64,000 nucleotides of DNA from Mustelus asterias (taxonomy: Eukaryota): NCBI RefSeq assembly GCF_964213995.1, contig NW_027590154.1, positions 930,001-994,000 of the forward strand, read 5' to 3'. How positions within the stretch are numbered: the first letter of the stretch is position 1; the number at the start of each line of letters is the position of its first letter. The notes under the pieces were generated by a model. It saw only the letters and a program-made list of their open reading frames with translations. It did no database searches and was not told where the DNA came from. The position numbers and the translations under genes are program-made. This document shows, one piece after another, positions 11,915-22,919 of the stretch.

Positions 11915-12353
11915 ATGGGAATCCTCCTTGTATTCGCCCTGTGTGTCTGCTTAGCCCGTGAGTACCGATCAAAATAACCAACATTGTGTGGATGGAAGCT
12001 AAAGTTCTCCAGTCCATCCCAATTATAGACACTGTCTGGGCCCCATTGTGTGGTTCGGCTCTGATGGTCCATTCAACTCTCTGTGTTTAATTTCCAGGAT
12101 CTTTCATTCAGTCAGTGATACAGAGCCCTGCTGCGGTGACCAGGAAGGAGTGTCAGTCTCTCACCATCACCTGCATTTTCCATGATATCGTTATAACTTA
12201 GGAAATGGACACTTCTTCGGACAAACTCAGACCCGGACAGGGTGGGAGCGGGTCTACAGCGGAGGGAGATTTGTAATGTCTATGAACAAAGCCGCAGAAG
12301 AGACGTTTTCACTGGAAATTCAGGATGTGAAAATTGTAGACACCGCCACCTAT
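11915..12353 (+). pseudogene. NAR-TCR-type (IgNAR-like) V pseudogene: leader plus truncated, frameshifted V exon
   Basis: TATAAA at ~11885. Leader MGILLVFALCVCLA (11915-11957) ends at GTGAGT; AG at 12096-12097. V reads SVIQSPAAVTRKECQSLTITCIF/fs/GHFFGQTQ..WERVYSGGRFVMSMNKAAEETFSLEIQDVKIVDTATY: short, CDR2-less NAR-like spacing with an extra FR1 Cys. The second Cys and the RSS are absent. Confidence 0.8.
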
Positions 12354-12370
12354 GATTGGAATGATTGATT

Positions 12371-12468
12371 GCATTTGCAAACGGTCACAAAATATGTGAC
12401 CCTGGTCTAAAACAGCTGGAAACAGGAACCACAGTAGCTGCTGTTTGTCTCAAGACTCCACAGTCCCA
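12371..12468 (+). pseudogene. Possible decayed NAR-TCR D segment
   Basis: ATATGTG(12392-12398), a ~31-nt core, then CACAGTA(12430-12436)-23-ACAGTCCCA. Both nonamers are poor matches. Confidence 0.3.
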
Positions 12469-12879
12469 GCAGGTACCCAATGGTAATCGCGAGGATGTTG
12501 CTGAATTTATACTTGAAGCACTGTGTAACTGGGATATTCACAGTGGGAGAGACCTCAGCAAATTTAAATAAAAATTAAATAACATTTCTCAGGGCCGGAT
12601 AGTGAATCATTGGGCTCATGTTAGTATCGCTGTTTTCTGGTTTAATGCCGTTTCAATCCGACCACTCATAGCGTTCTTTGTCATATATTTTTTTCGATTT
12701 ATATGAGGTGAATATTTCCTATCTGGGGTTATTCACGAAGAGCTCAGGGCATAACAAAGAACAGTTGGAACCAAAGGAGACTTCGAAACGTTTAACATTG
12801 TTTATTTATTTAAACCACCCGAGGAAATGCATCGTTCTGACTGTATGGTGGGATTTTTTTGGCAGTTTGAATTGTCGCT

Positions 12880-12958
12880 GGTTCTTGTACGGAGCGGTGT
12901 CACTATCGTACTATTATGATCCAAGATGGATCCGGGACGGAGGTGACAGTCATAGCTG
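12880..12958 (+). pseudogene. NAR-TCR-type J segment with 12-RSS (heptamer defective)
   Basis: GGTTCTTGT(12880-12888)-12-CACTATC(12901-12907). Coding TIMIQDGSGTEVTVIA, then a phase-1 GTAAGT donor at 12959. Confidence 0.82.
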
Positions 12959-13364
12959 GTAAGTGACTCCAAACCCCGCCGAGTTACGGATTTTCCCAGT
13001 TCGTGTTCACAGTCAGATTATTATTGGAATCTGAATCACTTCAATTCCATTGGAACGAAAACGGAACTGCTTCCTGTGGAATCTTTTCCATTGCAGATTT
13101 CGATTTGGGCGCAGGATACGTTTCTGGAGACGGGCCCAGTTCTGTCCTGGGAAACGTTTGTGTGTCACCTGATGGAAGAGGGTCGGTGCAGGGGGAGATG
13201 GGGGTGGGTATTGGCGTTGGTTGACAGCATCTGGGCCATTGCTGGTTTAACGTGCAGATGTGGGATACAAACATTGACATGGGCTTTCACATATTTAATC
13301 GCTTTTACTGAGCAGATTGTCGACACTCTAGACTCCACTCTTCGTGTTAACTGCAAGGGAAGGC

Positions 13365-14561
13365 ACTGAGAAACCTCTGAGAAATACTGCATGCATTGGT
13401 GATCATTTTCCAAAATTCGATTGACTCTGGAGGAGTTCCTACAGATTTAAGGATGGCAAGTGTAACCCCACTCTTTTAAAAGGGAGGAAGAGAGAAAAGG
13501 AATAATTACAGAGCATTTAGCCTGACATGCTATGAGGAGAGATTGGGTAGACTGGGGTTGTTCTCCTTGGAAAGACGGAGGATGAGGGGAGATCTAATAG
13601 AGGTGTACAACATTATGAAGGGTATAGATAGGGTGAACAGTGGGAAGCTTTTTCCCAGGTCGGAGGTGACGATCACGAGGGGTCACGGGCTCAAGCTGAG
13701 AGGGGCGAAGTATAACTCAGATATCAGAGGGACGTTTTTTACACAGAGGGTGGTGGGGGCCTGGAATGCGCTGCCAAGTAGGGTGGTGGAGGCAGGCACG
13801 CTGACATCGTTTAAGACTTACCTGGATAGTCACATGAGCAGCCTGGGAATGGAGGGATACAAACGATTGGTCTAGTTGGACCAAGGAGCGGCACAGGCTT
13901 GGAGGGCCGAAGGGCCTGTTTCCTGTGCTGTACTGTTCTTTGATCTCTTTGTTCTTTGACATCTGTGATGGGGAAGATACAGGTCTATTATAAAAGTCGT
14001 GACAACAGAATATTTGAAAAGAATTAACGGAATTGAAAAAAACATGGAACGATGAGAGGCAAGTCATGCTTAGCAAATCTACTGGAGTTTTCTGGAAGAT
14101 GTAAATAGTAAAACAGATAAGGGAGAACGAGTAGATGTAGTGTAGTTGCAGTTTCAGAAGCTTTTGATAAGACCTGCTAAAGAGGTTAGTGGCCAAATGT
14201 AAAGTATATGCGAGAAGTGGTATTGTATTGGCATGGGTCGAGAGTTGGTTGATGGACGGGGAACAGAGAGTGGGAATAAATGTGTGTTTTTCTGAGTGGC
14301 AGGCAGCGACGATTGGGATATCGCACGGACCAGTGGTGGGAGCAAAATATAAACATGATCTGGATGAGGGGATCAAAAGTAGCACTTCCAAGTTTGTTGA
14401 CGACACAATAATTGGTGGAATTGTGAGTTGTGTGGAGGATGGAAAGAGGTTTTAAAGAGATTTAAACAAGTTGAGCGAATTGCCAAACACATGGCTAAAT
14501 GTGACGTTATACCACTCAGTATCAAAAAAAAGTGGAGGAAAAGTATTATTTGAACGATGAT
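13365..14561 (+). mobile_element. Old decayed CR1 LINE, host of two younger insertions; continues at 53547 after copy B
   Basis: Degenerate RT motifs (..SLT|SV.GK.., KFVDDT, YYLNDD). Confidence 0.75.
13529..13956 (+). mobile_element. Young 5'-truncated CR1 3' fragment nested in the older CR1
   Basis: ORF LGLFSLERRRMRGDLIEVY.., (TTCTTTG)n tail, apparent target-site duplication TGACAT (13523-13528 / 13957-13962). Confidence 0.88.
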
Positions 14562-17167
14562 ATAGAAACATAGAAACATACAAAACTACAGCACAAAACA
14601 GGCCCTTCGGCCTCACAAGTTGTGCCGAACATATCCCTACCTTTTAGGCCTACCTATAACCTTCCATCCTATTAAGTCCCATGTACTCATCCAGGAGTCT
14701 CTTAAAAGACCGTATTGAGTTTGCCTCCACCACCACTGACGGCAGCCGATTCCACTCGCCCTCTGTGTCAAAAACTTCCCCCTAACATTTCCCCTGTACC
14801 TACACCACAGCACCTTAAACCTGTGTACTCTCGTAGCTGACATTTCCACCCTGGGAAAAAGCCTCTGAGAGTCCACCTGATCTATGCCTCGCAACACCTT
14901 ATATACCTCTATTAGGTCTCCACTCATCCTAAGTCTCTCCAAGGAGAAAAGACCGAGCTCCCTCAGCATATCCTCATAAGGCATGTCACTCAATCCAGCC
15001 AACATCCTTGTAAATGGCCTCTGCACCCTTTCAATCTTTTCCACATCCTTCCTGTAATGAGGCGACCAGAACTGATCACAGTTCTCCAAGTGGGGTCTGA
15101 CGAGGGTCTGATATAGCTGCATCATTATCCCCGGACTCATAGACTCAATCGCTCGATTGATAAAGGCCAGCACACCATACGCCTTCTGAACCACCTCCTC
15201 TACCTGCGGGGCCGATTTTAGAGTCCTGTGGACCAGGACCCCAAGGTCCTTCTGATCCTCTACAGTACTAAGAGTCTTTCCCTTTATATTGTACTCCTTC
15301 ATCCCATTTGACCTGCCAAAATGATTCGAAGTCCATCTGCCACTTCTCCGCCCAGTCTTGCATCCTATCTATGTCCCTCTGTAACTTCTGACATCCCTCC
15401 AGACTATCCACAACCCCACCAACCTTCGTGTCGTCGGCAAACTTACCAACCCATCCCTCCACTTCCTCATCCAGGTCATTTATGAAAATGCCAAACAGCA
15501 AGGGTCCCAGAACAGATCCCTGCGGCACACCACTGGTGACCGACCTCCATTTAGAAAAGGACCCATCTATACACACGCTCTGCCTCCTTTGGGCAAGCCA
15601 GTTCTGGATCCACAGGGCAGCAGCCCCTTGGATCTCATGCCCTCTCACTTTTTCTAGAAGCCTTGCATGGGGGACCTTATTGAACGCCTTGCTAAAATCC
15701 ATATAAACCACATCTACCGCTTTCCCTTCGTCAATGTGTTTAGTCACATTTTCGAAGAACTCCACCTTGACAAAGCCATGCTGAGTATTCTTGAGCATAC
15801 TAAACCTCTCTAAATGCTCATAAATCCTGTCCCCCAGGATCTTCTCCATCAGCTTACCAACCACTGAGGTTAGACTCAGCGGTCGGTAATTTCCTGGGCT
15901 ATCCCTATTCCCCTTCTTGAAAATAGTAACCACATCCGCAATCCTCCAATCCTCCGGCACCTCTCCCGTCTCCATCGATGACGCAAAGATCATCACCAGA
16001 GGCTCTGTAATCTCTTCCCTCGCCTCCAACAGTAACCTGGGGTACATCCCATCGGGACCCGGTGACTTATCGATCTTGATGCCATTCAAAGATTCCAGCA
16101 CATCCTCTTTGTTAAAGTCCACATACTCAGTTTTTTCAGTCCACCGCAAGCCCGCAGTACATCCACCCAGGTCCTTCTCCTCTGTGAAAACCGAGGCAAA
16201 ATACTCATTAAGCACCTCTGCCATTTCTACTGGTTCCGTACAGACTTTCCCGCCTTCACCTTTTATAGGCCCTATTCCTTCACGTCTCTTCCTTTTATTC
16301 TTCACATATTTATAGAATGCCTTAATCCTACCTGTCTTCCACAAGGCCTTCTCGTGACCCCTTCTGGCTCTCCTAATTTCCATCTTTAGTCCCTTCCTAC
16401 AAGTCGTATACTCACCTAGATCCCTATCTTCGCCAAGCTTTCTGAACCTTTTGTACGCTTTCCTTTTCTTCTCGACTAGGTCCCGCACAGCTTTTGTGCA
16501 CCACAGTTCCTTTAAACTACCAACTCCTCTCTGTCTGCTCGGAACATTGTCCTGTAGAACCCTAGACAGACATTCCTTGAAAAACTGCCAACTCTCTTCA
16601 GTAGATTTTCCCGAGAATACCTCCTTCCAATTTACTTCTCTAATTTGCTGCCTTATGTCTTCATATTTCCCCTTACTCCACATAAACGCTTTCCTAGCTT
16701 ACCTGATCCTCTCTTTTTCCAATGCAAGCATAAAGGAGATAGAGTTATGATCGCTATGCCCAAGATGCTCTCCCACTGAGAGATCTGACACCTGTCCACG
16801 CTCCTTGGTCAGTATCAGATCAAGTACAGCCTCTCCTCTTGTAGGCTTGTCCACATGTTGTGTCAGGAAAACCCTCCTGAACACACCTAACGAACTCCTC
16901 CCCATCCAATCCCCTTACCCTCGGGATATTCCAATCTATGTTTGGGAAATTCAAGTCTCCCATCACAACAACTCTGCTATTATTGCAACTCTCCAGGATC
17001 TGTTTCCCTATCTGCTCCTCCACCTCCCTGTCACTATTGGGCGGCCTATAGAAAACTCCCAGCAAAGTGATCGACCCCTTCCCACTCCGAACTTCCACCC
17101 ACAGAGACTCTGTAGACCATCCCTCCACAGCATACACCTTCTCTGCAGCTGTGACACTATTCCTGAT
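14562..17167 (-). mobile_element. CR1 LINE ORF2 (endonuclease + RT, frameshifted), cut by the duplication junction
   Basis: ORFs 14637-15302, 15268-16683 (KFADD, GVPQGSVLGP) and 16820-17176 (YRPP, GDLN). Tail (ATAGAAAC)n. Confidence 0.93.
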
Positions 17168-17390
17168 TCCTCCCATAAGGCACTGACTGTGACCCGGCTC
17201 TGAACGTTTCCAATCATTGGCAGTCAGCCAATGGCAGCCAGCTCACCAGCCTGCCTATTCTCAATGTCACTGGGAACATCAGGAAGTGAAATGAAAACAT
17301 CCTGAGACTCACAGCAGATTACTGAGGGCGGGGTTTAGAACGGGTGTCTTCAAAATCCCCAACTCCTCTTCGACAGAGCGGACAGAGACA

Positions 17391-17852
17391 ATGCGGCTGC
17401 TCAGCATCTGGGTTGTGTGGGCAATATTTCTGACAGGTAAATGTGGACCAAACACATTTCAACTTTGTTTTTACATTTTTGAAACATGGTGTAACACAAA
17501 ATTTTCAACAGTCGCCTGTCAGATACTTTTATATTTGTTTTTCAGATCTGATTCATGGAGATTCTGTCACTCAGTCGCCGTCCTCAGATGTTAGGACAGA
17601 AGGAGAAGCGGTGACTTTAAATTGTAAATATGATACTGAAGCGAGCTACTACTATCTATACTGGTACCGGCAGCACCCAGACTCACAGCCTGAGTTTATA
17701 CTTTCGAAATACTCTCGTGGCCGTGAAGATAAAGCCGATTTTGCCAAAAGCCGTTTCTCTGTTGAGCTCCAGACGGAGAATAAATTCAGCAGTTTAACCA
17801 TCTCGGGTCTGAAGCTGGCTGACGCCGCCGTGTATTACTGCGCTTTCAGACT
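17391..17852 (+). CDS. TCR alpha/delta V segment, apparently functional; join(17391..17436, 17546..17852)
   Basis: Leader MRLLSIWVVWAIFLT with GT/AG phase-1 splice sites. V reads DSVTQSP..VTLNCKY..LYWYRQHP..LKLADAAVYYCAFRL, with the conserved Cys, Trp and Cys and no stops. Confidence 0.95.
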
Positions 17853-17891
17853 CACAGTGACAGAAAACAAGCTCAGCCCTGTACAAAAACT
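17853..17891 (+). promoter_or_regulatory. 23-spacer recombination signal sequence
   Basis: CACAGTG-23 nt-ACAAAAACT directly after the V coding end. Confidence 0.95.
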
Positions 17892-18165
17892 GCCTATCAC
17901 TACAGAATGCAGCTCCTGTCTGTTGTCGCTTGTGTAAAATCGCGGTAGATGTAGCCACAATGTACAGCGAAAGGAAACCAAGCCAACCTCGAATGAAACT
18001 GTACCCAGGAGTAACTACACAAACAAACTGCCGATTTCAACCCGACAAACAGATCAGCACAGAGTCATATTTGAAGATACCCGTTCTAATCCCCGCCTTT
18101 AATAATTTGTTCTCTACCCTCGGGGTGTTCATGCCCCACTTCCGTGTTTGACTCTGGTTCTGTGA

Positions 18166-18181
18166 GACCACTTGGTGGCGA
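18166..18181 (+). promoter_or_regulatory. Candidate CTCF site 3' of the functional V
   Basis: GACCACTTGGTGGCGA resembles the CTCF core CCACYAGRKGGCR. Confidence 0.45.
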
Positions 18182-19275
18182 TCTGGTGCTGACATGGAAA
18201 GAAAAGCGTCCGAGTCTGGCTACAGTCAGCGTCTTGATAGGGGAATGGCCGCACTTTCAGAGACTGGGGGAAGTGGAAGAGGTGGTCGGGGAATGTAATC
18301 CTGGTCTGTAGATTATCATCAGCAAATTTTGGATTGTGAGGTGCTGACAGGAACCACACCAGCCCCCAGGGAACATTCCGAAGCTCAGTGGGCACTGGGG
18401 AAAATCTACTTGGGGTTGGTTTAAAGATCACAGTCACCACTTTGCGAAATCTATTCAATGTATATAAGTTTACTCTGATTCGGCACACACTCTGTTTAAG
18501 TAAACTGTGTGAGCAGGCCGCGGCCAAGGCCTCCAGAAAACTGGGAGAGGTGACGGAGAGAGGGTTGTTCAATGCTACAGTCACGGAAAGCACATCGAAA
18601 GGAAAAAAAGTACATTGAAGTAATGAAGTAGTTTTATGAAGGTTGCTCTCAGTATAACTGTACACTGGAGTTAACTAATACAATTCCGCAAGTGTTCCTG
18701 GCGTTGTTTTTGTTTTGAGACTGCCGGTGACTCTGACCTTGGAGGCAGAGTCTTTGATTTTGTTTCGCAATGAGAGCGCTGTCTGGAACTCCAGTGTCGC
18801 ATTTTTGTCCCGAATCTGCTACTTCTCTGCTTGCTGTGTCGCACAGAAATGCGGTGTCAGAGAAAACATCTCCCGCGACATTTCAAGGGGCCATTTTGTT
18901 TCCTTTATGAAAATCAGCAGATAACTTACCTTGTACGTTTGGATACATTTTTTCAGCCCTCAGCAAAGGCAACAGTCTGGAGAACGTATCCACAAGATAG
19001 ATCCCATCAGCTCCGAACAGAGGAGTTAAATGTCAGGCTCACTTCAAACTGAGCAATTGTGTACAACCCTTTAACGTGTGTTTGATAAACCAACCTTTTT
19101 AACATGTTCAATTTGGAAGTTTCGCCGCTTTACTGTTATTGTATTTCCCCGCTCTGTTTGATATGTCACTTCACAGAGAACATCTGAGAACATCTTTCTC
19201 GTTGACCCCCATCCCACACTCAGTCTGATTAGTGACAGTGACTCAAATACTCGGAACATCTTCATCCACATTCAA

Positions 19276-20556
19276 CACTTAGAACATTACAGCGCAGTAC
19301 AGGCCCTTCGGCCCTCGATGTTGCGCTGACCAGTGAAACCAATCTAAAGCCCCTCTAATCTACACTAGTCTAATATCATCCGTACGTTTATTCAATAACC
19401 ATTTGAATGCTCTTAATGTTGACGAGTCCACGACTGCTGCAGGCAGGGCATTCCACGCCCTTAATACTCTCTGAGTAAACAACCTAACTCTCACATCAGT
19501 CCTATATCTCTCACCCCTCAATTTAAACTATGTCCCCTCGTGTTAGCCATCACCATCCGAGGAAAAAGGCTCTCACTGTCCACCCTATCTAATCCTCTGA
19601 TCATATTGCATGCCTCTATTAAGTCACCTCTAACCTTCTTCTCTCTAACGAAAACAACCTCAAGTCCCTCAGCCTTTCCTCATACGATTTTCCCACCATA
19701 CCAGGCAACATCCTGGTAAATCTCCTCTGCACCCTTTCCAACACTTCCACATCTTTCCTATAATGCGGCCACCAGAACTGTACGCAATACTTCAAGTGCG
19801 GCTGCACCAGAGTTTTGTACAGTTGCAACATGACCTCATGGTTCTGAAACTCAATCCCTCTACCAATGAAAGCTAACACACCGTATGCTTTCTTAAGAAC
19901 CCTCTCAACCTGGGTGGCAACTTTCAGGGATCTATGCACATGGACCCCAGATCCCTCTGTTCATCCACAGTACCAAGTATCTTTCCATTAGCCCAGTACT
20001 CTGTATTCCTGTTGCTCCTTCCAAAGTGAATCATTTCACACTTTTCCGCATTAAATTCCATTTGCCACCTCTCAGCCCAGCTCTGCAGCTTATCTATGTC
20101 CCTCTGTAACCAGCCACTTCCCTCCGCACTGTCTACAACTCCACCGACTTTAGTGTCATCCGCAAATTTACTAATCCATCCTTCCACGCCCTCATCCAGG
20201 TCATTAATAAAAATGACAAACAGCAGTGGCCCCAAAACAGATGCTTGCGGTGCACCACTAGTAACTGAACTCCAGGATGAATATTTCCCATCAACCACCA
20301 CCCTCTGTTTTCCTACAGCTAGCCAATTCCTGATCCAAACCACTAAATCACCCTCAATCCTGTGTGCCCGTATTTTCTGCAATAGCTTACCATGGGGAAC
20401 CTTGTCAAACGCATTGCTGAAATCCATATACACCACATCAACCGCTTTACCCTCATCCACCTCTTTGGTCACCTTCTCAAAGAACTCAATAAGGTTTGTG
20501 AGGCACGACCTACCCTTCACAAAACCGTGCTGACTATCCCTAACCAAATTATTCCT
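19276..20556 (-). mobile_element. 5'-truncated CR1 LINE (RT half, frameshifted)
   Basis: ORFs 19924-20547 (QHGFVKGRSCLTNL..KFADD) and 19619-19939. The 3' tail is at ~19276. Confidence 0.92.
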
Positions 20557-20720
20557 TGCATTTCATTGTTCAAGGCGATTTCTTTCAGATCAATTGAAGG
20601 TAAAAGTGTCTCTTAGCTCAAGTAGGATCAAGCTGGCTGTGTTTACTCATCTCGCTCTGAACAGGAGAGTGCGTCGTCAATGTCTCAGTTCTCTGCAATC
20701 CACAATTGTGTTTAAGTTAG

Positions 20721-20738
20721 TGACATCACACCAATCAG
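20721..20738 (+). promoter_or_regulatory. CRE-like motif plus CCAAT in the V promoter
   Basis: TGACATCA-CA-CCAATCAG lies ~165 bp upstream of ATG 20887. Similar motifs sit upstream of minus-strand Vs: TGACGTCA at 24557-24564 and TGATGTCA at 25660-25667. Confidence 0.5.
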
Positions 20739-20886
20739 ATCCAGCGATCTCTGCTCTTCCTCCTATAGGTTCTGTAGGATGTGACGACAGACCAGCCTCA
20801 GCAAATGCTCTCAGCTTCATCTTGTTCGATATTTTGCAGCTTTCGGAGACACAAGAAGTCCGTGGAATCCAGGAACAGCAGCAGCA

Positions 20887-21943
20887 ATGTGGCTCTCCAT
20901 TCTCGCTGTGATCTGCATGACATTCATCGTCGGTAAGAAGTTTGAAACTTGAAAAAGGAGTGAACTGGAGTGTAATTTCTGCAGAAAGAAAAACAAATAT
21001 CGGGCCTGCCATAGAGCGCACTTGCGTCTTTGATCTTGGGTTTTACTTACAGGAGTATAGTTTGGCAAAACGCACAGCAAACCAGTACCAGAAGTGGGAG
21101 ATGACATCTATCAGAAAGCAATGTAAACATTATGATTAATTTCTCTTCTGACGAGAAGACTAAAGGGCAAACTGGTTGATGTGTTTGATGTATTTGATGT
21201 ATTTGCAATGAAGAAGAGGTTCAGTGTGGTGGACGTGGAGAGGATGATTCCACTTGGGGAGGATTCCAAATCGATGCCCCATAAATCTAAGTGAATCAAA
21301 ACGATCGACTGGAAATTGCAAGGAATCTTCTTCACAGGGAGTTCTGTAGAAGGTGACGCACATTAACACAATGAGCACTTGAGGAGAGGAGTAAAGACAC
21401 AGTTGGTGTAAACTAGTCAAACCACTCAGGGGGAAAGGGACAGAGGCATTTGAGATAAGGTGGGGTGGAGGATTCTCCTGGGGATTCTGAACGTGAACGT
21501 AGATCAGTTGGAGCGAATTTGTTATCATTTAATACCTATTTTTACGTTATATCGTCTGCGAATTTTCACCCTCGGTTCAGTTGAATGTTTTTCTTTCTTT
21601 AACCATGTGTTGGAGATTCTGTTACTCAGCGGGAATCCTCACTCACACGGACAGAGGGAGAAGATGTCACTTTAAGCTGCACCTATACCGACGATGCTTA
21701 TTATTTATTCTGGTACCGTCAATACCCAGGCAGACAGCCCGAATTTGCGTTCCGGAGGCAGACGGGCGGCGGTGCTGAATTGAAGGCGGATTTCGCTCAG
21801 ACCCGCTTTTCTGATACAATCCAGAAGTCAGACAAGTTGTCCCGATTGACCATCTCGGAGCTGCTGCTGTCTGACACCGCGGTCTATTGCTGTGCACAGA
21901 GTCTCACAGTGATGAGAATGAGTGCAATCCTCGCACAAAAACT
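20887..21943 (+). pseudogene. TCR alpha/delta V segment, open V frame but canonical splice acceptor missing (probable pseudogene)
   Basis: Leader MWLSILAVICMTFIV (20887-20932) ends at GTAAG. V reads PCVGDSVTQ..LSCTY..FWYRQYPG..DTAVYCCAQS. RSS CACAGTG(21905-21911)-23-ACAAAAACT. No AG follows the pyrimidine tract at ~21600. Confidence 0.88.
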
Positions 21944-22919
21944 GTCGCAGGTTTCTGGCTCGCACCTGCTGTTTGCTGAGTGCCGTTTATAACAGCGGGT
22001 CTCACACTGACACGTAAACATATTTGGAAGCAAACACCAAAAGCAATCCACATAAACGCCATTGAAAACCGTTCACATCGAAGGCAGATTCCTTCTCGTT
22101 CTTACATTCACTGTGCGAAGGAAGAATTGACTACTCTTCATTTGGGGGTCACTGGGAACTGGGCACTAACATTGGGAAGACAAAGCAAAACATCAGTCAT
22201 TCGTGTAAACAGAAGCCCGCCAGCTGAGGCTAACCAATCGTGACTAAATACCTCTCATTTAAACTCATTTACAAACTGAGAATGATTGACATAAAAAGTA
22301 CAAAAGGATTACTTCCAGTCATGATTAGAAGCTGATAAACAACAATGAATAGAGCAAATGATTTAAAATGAAAGAGCTGGTGTGGCCTAAGCACTGGAAG
22401 AGATGGTTTGAAAACCAACCAAGCATAGAAGCTGGATTGAAAAGACCGTCAGGAACTTTGCTAAAATCTTCAGAAGTGCCTTGGGAAATCGGAACACACC
22501 AGAGAAGTCTTTATGCCCATAAAAGTAAATTGCTTTTCCTGCACTTCACTCAGCGTCATTTACCTCCTGCTACATTTACCTGTTGCTTGCACTTCCGCTA
22601 ACATCTGGAGCACAGACAAATATCTGGCACAGCAATTATGTCAAAAATCTCCAATTTGCCAATTCGTAACAATTCTCTAAACACAACTTTGCATTAATGT
22701 ATTTGTTGTAAATGGAAAAGAGGAATCCTTCACCAGTGCTGCATCCGTTACTCAACGTTTGTTAATATTTTGTATCTCTTTTAAATCAGAACAATTCGCT
22801 GATAGATTTAGAAATTCCAGTTACTCAACCCTCCACTCCCACCACCACCCATCCCCCTGGCCCATCCTCCCGCCACCCGTTCCTTTTGACCCTCTATTCC
22901 CTTTGTCACACTGCGGCAG

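Larger units (their letters stand above)
1..17167. repeat. Segmental tandem duplication, copy A (visible part); matches 36020-53186
   Basis: ORFs in 84-16905 recur with identical translation at +36019. The sequences diverge exactly at 17168 vs 53187 (CACTATTCCTGAT|TCC vs CACTATTCCTGAT|CAG). Confidence 0.97.

Noticed and set aside
12354-12475. Germline-joined VJ exon for the NAR-like V (ETGTTVAAV resembles a J)
   Set aside because: It is out of frame and lacks GxG, overlaps a heptamer-like CACAGTA, and a proper J with RSS and donor exists at 12880-12958.
17160-17200. RAG signal joint or TCR excision circle explaining the repeat
   Set aside because: No heptamer-heptamer fusion or RSS at the breakpoint; it lies inside a LINE.
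18129-18940. 178-aa minus-strand ORF or very decayed V with a donor at ~18930
   Set aside because: No convincing Cys/Trp/YYC pattern, leader or RSS; only faint resemblance.
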